A stretch of 64,000 nt of DNA from Yuukianura sp. NJ FZ-2021 (Eukaryota). The stretch lies in contig CM102287.1 in NCBI GenBank assembly GCA_046563655.1, positions 3,038,001-3,102,000 of the forward strand, written 5' to 3'. The notes below the pieces were generated by a model. The model saw only the letters and a list, made by a program, of their open reading frames with translations. It was not told the DNA's origin and ran no database searches. Of this stretch, positions 29,001 to 39,015 are shown piece by piece. The translations under genes and the position numbers were made by a program. Numbering within the stretch: the first letter of the stretch is position 1; each line of letters opens with the position of its first letter.

Positions 29001-29473
29001 TTCTACTGGCGACTTTTCAAAAAAACTCATGATACTGACAGTATCTTCGGCAAAATGCTGACAGCATCATGCTGCCGCCTGTTGCCGTTCCGGTTCAGTA
29101 ACTCACCTAACATAGTGCATTCAAAAACCTACCCTAACAAAAAACACACAAAAACATCCTTATTCTGCACGTAAAGTCCCAAGTAAAGAGAACTGAGAGT
29201 TACAATTCTTCTAAAAACTTACCATAATAGCTCTAGTATTGGTCATTTTTCTAAAAAGTCAAAAATTTCGACCCGAAATTATACCTAAAGACTTTGAGCA
29301 GACGAGGGAATTCTTACGAAACTATGCTTTGGAGAATCTCTTTGGGTTAATTACTTTGGACTAATTTAAGACTAATTAAGATCCATGTCTCCTCTCATTT
29401 GCTTGGACTTTCTGAGACTTGAAAGAAGAATACTGAGAAATATTGCTGCCTTGTTGTCCAAAATGCTGTGACT

Positions 29474-32400
29474 TTAAGCTCTTGACAAGTAGGTCAAGTA
29501 GATCGTCCCCACCGCACTCGAAGCCACCAACAAAAATAGAGTCCACCAAGTGGCAAACCCAAACATCCCACGAAACACCGTCTCATTAAAAACCTAAACA
29601 AAACAAAATCAAAATGTCATCAACTACATAGTATGTCGCATCTTCATCATTTTCCGACTTTCAAATTATGTCACAAGCACAACATCATCCGGCACTCACG
29701 CACCAACTTTTCACTCTAACAATTTTTGGTTAGCTAAAAAAAAAAAACAAAACAAAAATAAGAAAAGTTCCACTAAAAAGCACAAATTCCAACATTCGTC
29801 ACAAAGTTTTCGTCCTCTAGCCTTAAAAAAAACGCATCCAAACGCCGAGAAAAGCCAAAACGGGCAACATTCACACCAAAAATTTTAACTAAACCAAAAT
29901 TTCGGAAAAATTTGAAACCAAAGCAAAAAATTTTTAGCCTTACCATCTTGAGTGAGGTTAGGGCGAGTGAAATTTGTTCAGCAGCAGGTTGGAGTGTTTC
30001 ATTTGTACCAGGCAGAAGTATCTCAAGCGGACTTTTCATTGGTTTCATTGTGTCATTCCTCTGAACTAAAATCCACGATTCACGGTAACTTCCGCTCCAC
30101 TGATGATCACCTAAAAACAACAATGAAAAAAACATAAAATGAATTGAAAGAAACACAAAGTGAATGGAAATGAAAGAAAACTACAACAATAGAGTCATCC
30201 TCTGCACCTTACTCTAAAAACTAAACAATGACATCAAAAACTACAATTCATTTCTCACATCTCTTAATCTTTTAAGCATTTTTCTACTAACTAAAAAGAT
30301 CAACTTCCTTAACCCCCCTAACTTCCTATTTTTTGTAATTAATTTAAATCCGTGGGAATTAGTGAACTACTGAACTACTATTTCACTAAACACACAATGC
30401 CAAATGACCAACAAATTTCATTTTCCAAAGGAAAATGTTTAAAATCAAGGACAATATAACAGCCTGTACACAAAATTTCAAAAAAAGTAAACCACATTGA
30501 ATCCGTAACTTAATTCTTCCTATTCTAAAATCCCCTCCCTCAGACTGAAATCTTAAAGAGGAAGTTAAAAAGTCCATTTACGGTAAATTCCGTGTACTCG
30601 CAAATCCTCTCTTTTCAATTTCAACATTCAAATTCTCTGGGTTTCGGTACTTATTGTCCAAATTTCTAAATCTCCGAAACGGACAGGTCACACTTAAAAC
30701 GGTCACAAAAACACCTCTGTGCATAAGTTTTTAAGAAAATTAGGCTCTCAAAATTTAAAATCCCGTTACCCCACTACCCAAATTCTAACACAAAAGCCAC
30801 TAAACTCCAAAAATGTTGAATCTCACGCATGCTCTTTTGTCCTTTGCTTCATTTCACATTGTACTTCCGCAGAAATTAATCTGGACATTGACACCGTGAC
30901 AGTGACACCGTTGGAACACCGTTTAGCATAAACTTACAAAATTAAAATCTCAACTTCCCCACAACTCACCTGCATTCAATTCTACATCTATCCTTCATTT
31001 TGGCGAAACTGAAAAAAGCTGAACTTTTTGCAGAATTTTTGAAATTCTTTAGCAATTTTGAAATTTTTTTGACTTACCGAGTGTTTTGTAGAGGAAGCAA
31101 GTGAGGAGACAGATGAGACACGGAGTGATGTACTGGAGAGCCACAATGCACAAATAGTAGTAGATTCCTGCTACCTGAAAAATAAGGAAAGAAGCAGAAT
31201 TATTGTAAACAGTGCAAATTCAGTTGAGTATTTTTAAAATGTGGCGATAATCCATGATTACTTTTACTCAAACGCAAAAAAAGTACTAATTACTATTTAC
31301 TAATTGTTTTTGGTTTTTTAATTTGCTTGCTTTTTCTTACCTGTTTCTGTAAATCGGTGTTGAGAATGCGTCCAGCTTCTTTCTTTTGATCATACAACTT
31401 CGTTTGTGCTACGTTGAGAAACGATTGCAGAAATGAAGGCATCAAAGCAATTCGAGAAACCACCAACAAAATAATCAAAATCAATCGAAAACTCTCGAAT
31501 GTCTCGTCGCTCATTCTGAAACAAAGATAAAAACAACACTCAATTCAATCATTGAAATTACTTTGATTGGAGTGTGAAGTAATTAAGTGTTAATTGATTA
31601 ATTACAGTGATTCTCCATAAGATCCTATTTGTGCCTCAGTGAAAAAGTATCTTCCCATTGGTCGAATCCAAAGCATCGTCAAGAGTAACGGAAGACCATA
31701 AGAGATGTAGATCAGCGCCATTAAAATTGGTCTTTCATTGTAGTATCTGCAAAAGACAAAACAAAAGAAATTAAAGTGTTACTCTTGCAGTAGTTTTGTG
31801 TTTGCAGATGACATTTCAAAAGTCACGAACTCAGAGGAGTTGAAATTCGTAAACAAAGAAAAAGGAGACAGAGTTTACGGAACCTTTACGTCAACTTGTC
31901 AAACTCAAAGAATTAAAAAAAACAATGTCCAACTGTAATAATTTTGACACTAGATTATACATAAGAGTTTTCAAAAGATTTTTTTGTTATAATTACTCCA
32001 ACTTCCTTCACTGCTAATTATTTACAAAGATGAATTTTTTGGTCATATAACGGCAGGCACAAAACAATCAAGTTTTTGCCACAATTGTATGAAAAGCTGA
32101 CGAGATATTAGAGACGGTGAGTGAAACGTACTCTGATTCTAGAAAATGATTCTAGCTAGAATACTGGTACTGTAGGTTCATGAGGGTGCGTTTTGTATTC
32201 TGGGCTAACGTATTGTGCAGTTTTTAAACAAACTGAAACAATTCGAAACGAAGCAAAAATCGGACTTGTCAATGTGTTCTAGACATTTTTAAACATTGTT
32301 TTGGCTGTTCTGAACATGTTCTAGACATTGCTAGTTTGTTCTGAACATGTTCTAAACATCGCTAGCTTTGTTTTGAACATGTTTTAAACACCGCTAGCTT

Positions 32401-35400
32401 TGTTCTGAAAATGGCCTGAGTCTGAATATAAGGTTGCGGTGATCAAAATTTGTTCCGAAAGAATTAGCGAATTTGAATTGCTTCTTTTGTTGTTTGTCAC
32501 CAGCCCCACAGTCAGAATACGTTCCTGAGACATGTTTTGCGGAATTGCAAAAAATACTGTAGAATGGATTCTAGAGGTTCCGCTACAGTCTAGAATTATG
32601 GAGGGATTCTGGTGGCTAAATTATTTTAAATTTTCGCGCGTTAAAAAACGTTTCGCGCATTAAAAACGACAGTTTCCGCCAATTAAAACAACGCGCGAAA
32701 AGTATTTTTAATTGGCGGAACGTTTATTGCAGAAAAAGTAAATTGCAGGAAAAAATCAATTGCAGTAACTCTATTGCAGTAAAAACTCGTTTTTTTACCA
32801 TTTCAAAATTTGTCTTTTACCATTTAAAATTTTGCCATTTACCATTTAAAGTTTTGTCATTTACCATTTAAAAGCTTGTTTTTTCCCATTTAAAAATTTT
32901 GTCATTTACCGTTTAAACTTGTTTTTTACCATTTAAAAATTTTGTCATTTACCGTTTAAACTTGTTTTTTACCATTTAAAAATTTTGTCATTTACCGTTT
33001 AAACTTGTTTTTTACCATTTAAAAATTTTGTCATTTACCATTTAAAACTTTGTTTTTTACCATTTAAAAGCTTGTTTTTTACCATTTAAAAGTTTGCTTT
33101 TTACCATTTCAAATTTTGTTGTTTACCGTTTAAAATTTTGTCTTTTGCCATTTAAAATTTTGTCTTTTGCCATTTCAGTTTTGTATTTTGCCATTTCAAA
33201 CTTTGTCTTTTACCGTTTCAAAGTTTGTCATTTAAAAGTTTGTTTTTCGCCAATTGATTGCACTAAAAGTCCCACATGGCCCAGGTCCCCGTGCAAAGAT
33301 GGGCAAATAAATTATTCCTAATCTTAATTATTTCGTTAAGCTAACTACGTCATAAATATGAAAATAATCTACTAAAATTAGTGTATATTTTTTGTATTAA
33401 TTACATTAATATTTAAGGCGCCTAATGGTTATTAAATACAATGCTGTTGGTTGTAGCATTTGTTCATTTGGACATTGACAAAGTGACAAGTCACAAGCCG
33501 GTTGACGTAAGGTATACCATGCACAATTGTACATTGTAGCCAGTGTTGGTGGATGCTTAAACGTTCAGTGGCTTAATTGCCACTTCCACTAGATATCCAC
33601 TGGAAGAAATGCTCCCGAAATGGATGAATCCAAAGGGGCGGAGCTTTGCCCGCGAGATTTTAATTAATTAAATACAACAAGATTGAACAATTCAAAATAC
33701 CGTACAAAAACGAAGGAAATATCGTTTTTGTATGAGTTTTAAATAAATAATTCATTTTAACGATGAACTGAACTCATTTTCATATTATTTTGTAATTTTA
33801 AATTTGAATTTTTTTGAATTTCGCGCTAAATTCTTCGTTACTTCCATCCACTAAAAGTTTCATCCATTTCGGGAGCATTTCTTCCAGTGGATATCTAGTG
33901 GAAGTGGCAATTAAGCCACTGAACGTTTAAGCATCCACCAACACTGGCTACAATGTACAATTGTGCATGGTATACCTTACGTCAACCGGCTTGTGACTTG
34001 TCACTTTGTCAATGTCCAAATGAACAAATGCTACAACCAACAGCATTGTATTTAATAACCATTAGGCGCCTTAAATATTAATGTAATTAATACAAAAAAT
34101 ATACACTAATTTTAGTAGATTATTTTCATATTTATGACGTAGTTAGCTTAACGAAATAATTAAGATTAGGAATAATTTATTTGCCCATCTTTGCACGGGG
34201 ACCTGGGCCATGTGGGACTTTTAGTGCAATCAATTGGCGAAAAACAAACTTTTAAATGACAAACTTTGAAACGGTAAAAGACAAAGTTTGAAATGGCAAA
34301 ATACAAAACTGAAATGGCAAAAGACAAAATTTTAAATGGCAAAAGACAAAATTTTAAACGGTAAACAACAAAATTTGAAATGGTAAAAAGCAAACTTTTA
34401 AATGGTAAAAAACAAGCTTTTAAATGGTAAAAAACAAAGTTTTAAATGGTAAATGACAAAATTTTTAAATGGTAAAAAACAAGTTTAAACGGTAAATGAC
34501 AAAATTTTTAAATGGTAAAAAACAAGTTTAAACGGTAAATGACAAAATTTTTAAATGGTAAAAAACAAGTTTAAACGGTAAATGACAAAATTTTTAAATG
34601 GGAAAAAACAAGCTTTTAAATGGTAAATGACAAAACTTTAAATGGTAAATGGCAAAATTTTAAATGGTAAAAGACAAATTTTGAAATGGTAAAAAAACGA
34701 GTTTTTACTGCAATAGAGTTACTGCAATTGATTTTTTCCTGCAATTTACTTTTTCTGCAATAAACGTTCCGCCAATTAAAAATACTTTTCGCGCGTTGTT
34801 TTAATTGGCGGAAACTGTCGTTTTTAATGCGCGAAACGTTTTTTAACGCGCGAAAATTTAAAATAATTTAGCCACCAGAATCCCTCCATATAGAATACGT
34901 TTCTAGAATCAGAGTACGAAAAACTCACCGTCTCTATTGTTCAGCACTACAAAACTTTTTTTTTTCTTAAAAAAAAGCAGCAAAAGTGCAAAATAAAATA
35001 CAAGCGGCACTCAGCCTAAGCAGCACCTCAACCTCAACATAAACAATTTTTTGCAAATGAAACTCGTTTTTAAAAGTTCTAATTTAGAACTTTTTTTTAG
35101 AAGTTTTTAAGTTTCCTTTCGAACATCTAAAGGAAAAGAACTTTGTACACTCTTCACTTAGAACACAACTGAGAAATTTTGGCCAGCAATGGCACTGAAA
35201 CTGAAAAAGTTTTGGACGACAACAGTTTTAGTACAAAGATTTTGGTTAATAACTTACTTGAGGCTATCGAAAAACATTTTGCTGACTCGAATTCCAGGAA
35301 ACGTAAACAATGCTCCAGTGAACGCACAGACAACAGCGATGGAGAATTTGACAATCAGTTGTGACGCTGGTCCCCTAAATATTAAAAATCAGATTATTCA

Positions 35401-36596
35401 ATCAGTAAATTAGATTAAGGTTAAGCGATTTCGTAAAATGATGAACTGGAATTATCCAGATCGAAACTTACACATGGTCCACGCCTTGTTTCTCCATGAA
35501 CTTCATGGCATTCTCATGGAAGCTTTTGTATGCCGTGTTCACTCCAACTTCCAAATTGCTTTCATCGATAATAAGAACAATCATGGCAATAAGGAGGTAA
35601 AGCAGCCCCATGACCAAACACAAAGATCGTTCTCCCATCACTTCATCTCCAGTGAAGTAAACTGCAGTAATTGAACACATCACGCCTCTGAAATGACAAC
35701 AAACAGTAAAATTACAACAAAGTCTCTTGGATTCTGCAATTACATTTTTAGAATTTAGCTTCACATTTGAATATTTCACTTACATGCACATCCCAAGGGC
35801 AATCAGACACCAGAAGATGGACAAATTCATCTCTGTCACGGGGTTGAACAAAGCGTAGTAAATCTAGAAAGTCGATTAAAGAAATACAAATTAGTAATTT
35901 GCATCAACCAAGGTTATAAAAAGTTGTTATGAGATCATAATACTAAAAAACAGCGTACCTCTGTAAGAACGTAGACAACGGTTGCGTACAGCGCAAAGTC
36001 AACTACTCGATGATACTCTTGGTAGAATCGTAAGTTCGTTACTTCAATCGGTGTCACTTTGACGGACTCCAACTATAAGGAAACACAAAATTTGAATTTA
36101 GATTCGTCAGTAAGAGAGCAGAAGTTTAGTTTTCCAGGTTTACCTCCAAGTCAATCGTTTTCGGAACGTGAAAGACGTCGGGGTTCTTCAAATCCTTGTT
36201 CGGCTTTCCCTTGTGCTTCACTTTTCCGGAAACGTCTCGTGGCACTCCAGCAAGCTCTCGGAGTTCGTCGTTGGAAGGATGCAAATATCGTATTAATCTG
36301 TTCAAAAAAAGACAAAATCAGAACTGAAGAATGCTGGACTGCACATTCGGGAATCGCTGTACAAGGATTCACTTGCCCAGTGTTGCATAGAAGATATCTT
36401 GCTAATGAGTATCTGCCACCGAATTTTGATACGATGCTCACAATGACCATGGTCAATCCAAGCTGAACTCCAAGAACGGCCTGGTAAACAATTAAAAATT
36501 ACAGTTATTATTATTTTAGGCTAACTTTTCATTCTTCCTAATGCTAAGCATTGCAATTATTTGTGATTGCAAAAAATTCAGTTTTCAGCTTACCAT
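29474..36596 (-). CDS. TMEM161: Transmembrane protein 161 family member
   Basis: ATG|gtaag at 36596, then AVLGVQLGLTMVIVSIVSKFGGRYSLARYLLCNTGLIRYLHPSNDELR; also EYHRVVDFALYA, GERSLCLVMG, KKEAGRILNTDLQKQV, GIYYYLCIVALQY, and a last exon FRGMFGFATWW ending at a stop at 29474-29476. This matches the TMEM161A/B layout. Confidence 0.92.
32109..34936. mobile_element. Small non-autonomous TIR element (about 530 bp of own sequence) hosting the foldback insertion
   Basis: 37-bp terminal inverted repeats with 4 mismatches: tagagacggtgagtgaaacgtactctgattctagaaa (32109-32145) and tttctagaatcagagtacgaaaaactcaccgtctcta (34900-34936). Internal gttctagacat/gttctgaacat repeats lie at about 32270-32410. No TSD is evident. 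Confidence 0.7.
32597..34890. mobile_element. Foldback-type element: 1032-bp inverted arms, 230-bp spacer, 6-bp TSD (TAGAAT)
   Basis: Arm 1 (32597-33628) and arm 2 (33859-34890) are reverse complements of equal length, and the same 75-aa ORF is read from both. TAGAAT directly flanks both ends (32591-32596 and 34891-34896). Each arm carries a ~450-bp array of ~20-bp tttaccatttaaaa units. Confidence 0.92.
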
Positions 36597-37252
36597 TTTC
36601 TCTCCCTGTTCGCAGCAACTTTTGAACACTTTCGGTGGGCCTACCGACGACCCTACAGCAATTTCCCTAAAACTCAATTGATGAAAGTGCAATTACAATT
36701 AACTAATTAGGATAGTAATTAGCAATTCTAAATTGACTAAACAAACACTTTCCCTTTCCAAGAAACAACAAAGCACACAGACGCAGGTAACTCTAAAAGT
36801 TACAACGTTATTCACAAACATTAATCGAGGATGGGCGGTTTTCTGACAAGATATCATTTGAAGTACCTAAAATATGTATAACATAAACAAAGTTAGATTA
36901 ATTAATAATTGTAATTAGTTAATTAAATGAGTGATAAATTAATCACAATCATTTATATTAATTAATTTAACAAAAAGCATTTAATAAATCCAATGTAAGA
37001 AAGTAACGGCGGTGCGTAGTAGTGCGTAAAGCTTTTAGTCAAACCGGTTTGATTCTAAGAAATTTGAAATTTTTGAATTTTTATTTTCCCGCTAAATCTA
37101 TACATTTGATTTTATACAGAAAAAAAATTAGATTTTGCGAAAATCCTAGTGCAGTGCCCGTCTTTTTCTTCGTGTGCCATTTTTCCACGGAGAAACATCG
37201 TGAACGGTGAAGTTATCTCCTCAACTTAGCTGATTCAATTAATTACTAATTG
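36597..37252. promoter_or_regulatory. Probable bidirectional promoter region between TMEM161 (-) and NDUFA4 copy 1 (+)
   Basis: Head-to-head start codons about 800 bp apart (36596 and 37391), a probable non-coding first exon ending at tg|gtaagt (37252), and a TAATTA-rich core at about 36890-36990. Confidence 0.5.
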
Positions 37253-37390
37253 GTAAGTTACATTGATTACAGTTAATTGCAGTCCTTGGAGTAGTTAGAA
37301 GTAACTAAAAAGCTATTGGATTCGTATAAATTCTGTATTTAATAAGTTGGTTGATTTCATTTCAGGACATAGAAAACTAATCTAATCAAA

Positions 37391-37909
37391 ATGTCGGTAC
37401 CTCCGAAGAAGGAAATCCCGAAGGGAATCGGACTCAGCGGTATGAGCATTGCCAGTATGAAGAAACATCCTGCTGTACGTAATCTAATTTCCTTAATCGG
37501 ACTAAGGAATTAACGATTTTAAGTAACTGGGTGGGGTTTCAGAACAGAGGAAGGCTGAAAACGTTCCGTCATTTTCATAAAGTACTTTAAGAATAGTCAT
37601 TCTGATTCATTTTTAATTGTGTTTGCAGATTATCCCAATTTACTTTTTCGTGGGAGCTGGCGTGGCACTTGCTGGATGGTACGTGTACCGACTTGCCACG
37701 AAGAGTCCAGAGGTCACTTGGAGCCGAAGGAAGAACCCTGAGCCATGGAACGAATACACCAATAAACAATACAAAGTAAAATATTAAACATTCTCTTCAT
37801 CTTCTTTACTTAAGTTAGCATGAAACGATTAATTTTACGGTCTTTTCAGTTTATAGCATCCGGAAGAGACTACAGTGCCGGATCACCAGCTCCCAACTAC
37901 AGAGAATGA
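37391..37909 (+). CDS. NDUFA4: Cytochrome c oxidase subunit NDUFA4/COXFA4 (B12D family), copy 1
   Basis: Exons 37391-37474, 37629-37775 and 37850-37909 give MSVPPKKEIPKGIGLSGMSIASMKKHPA-IIPIYFFVGAGVALAGWYVYRLATKSPEVTWSRRKNPEPWNEYTNKQYK-FIASGRDYSAGSPAPNYRE*. KHP-xIP, RLA-x3-PEVxW, NPEPW and QYKF are family motifs. Missed by the ORF track. Confidence 0.93.
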
Positions 37910-38286
37910 ACAGCCGAAGTCCAATCTTGAAACTCTCAATTGGAAAGAAATTGGCTTTGTTCTCCCTAAAAACGACAAAAGATGTGAAGATACGTTAGCT
38001 AATCAAATTAATCGATTGCCTAATAGGCTCCTTACGCCAGAAACCTCTAGAACATACCTTAGTCAAATCTAGGCGAATAAACTGGATTTTGTAGACAAAT
38101 TCATTCAGCTGCTGCTACATCGTTGTCATGACGTTATTATTCGCATGACCTTGTTTTGAAAAACATAAACAATCGCTTCAGTTGCAGCGATTTTTCGTAA
38201 AAGCTCTTTTCTGAAAATTTTTTCGTAAAAGTCTTTGGACGGACCAACTTCATCATCAAAGTTTGAAATTTGAATCGCTTGACACA

Positions 38287-38733
38287 ATGGGTATCGGTGC
38301 GTGGTCCAAACGCGTGGGAATCAGCGGTTTGACTTGGCCTTACTTGAAGAACCATTACTCCGTAAGAATTTCAGCGTATCAGCGTCTTGAAATCGCTGGA
38401 AAATTGTACTCAAGCGATTTTTGATTCATGCAGCTCATTCCAACGATTGGGCTTGTGATCCTTGGAGCCATTGGGTCTGGAGGCTACGTCCTTCGGCTCG
38501 CCACGAAACATCCCGAAGTGAGCTGGCATCGCGGAAATCCAGAACCCTGGAACGAGTATGCCAACAAGCAGTACAAGGTCAGCTTCTCCACCGATACTTC
38601 CGCAGTACTTATAAAAGTACTGCGGAAGTACTTCTTTTAGTAATTCCGGAAGTTTAATCCTTGATCTTTGACCTTTCAGTTCGTGTCAAGTGGACGAGAC
38701 TACTCTGTTGGCAGTCCAGCTCCAAAGTTCTAA
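38287..38733 (+). CDS. NDUFA4/COXFA4-like paralogue, copy 2
   Basis: Exons 38287-38361, 38434-38577 and 38680-38733 give MGIGAWSKRVGISGLTWPYLKNHYS-LIPTIGLVILGAIGSGGYVLRLATKHPEVSWHRGNPEPWNEYANKQYK-FVSSGRDYSVGSPAPKF*. Intron positions match copy 1. Confidence 0.9.
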
Positions 38734-39015
38734 CGAAACTGAAGTTCATCACACCATGCACCATCAAAAGTCTGATCGCTGAATCGCTGATACAAATTTT
38801 GCTCAAAATTCAAGTCAAATTAACAATTCCTAAATTAAACTGGCAAAAATCATGATAAACCATAACAGGATTAACATAATTTAATAAATGGTTAAAAATT
38901 TACTTAAAACCTAAAAGTATCCATGCAATAATTCATGATTTCTTATCCTCTGCATCCAGCACATTTTTAGTTTCCAGCATTTTGTGCTGCCTATTGCGAT
39001 TTAGCTGCCCCGGCG

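Noticed and set aside
32790..33240. Regularly spaced ~20-bp repeats resembling a CRISPR array
   Set aside because: Degenerate head-to-tail units without unique spacers, in a eukaryotic intron, with no cas genes.
33094..34393. Identical 75-aa ORFs on opposite strands
   Set aside because: A by-product of the inverted arms and their AT-rich tandem array; no transposase similarity.
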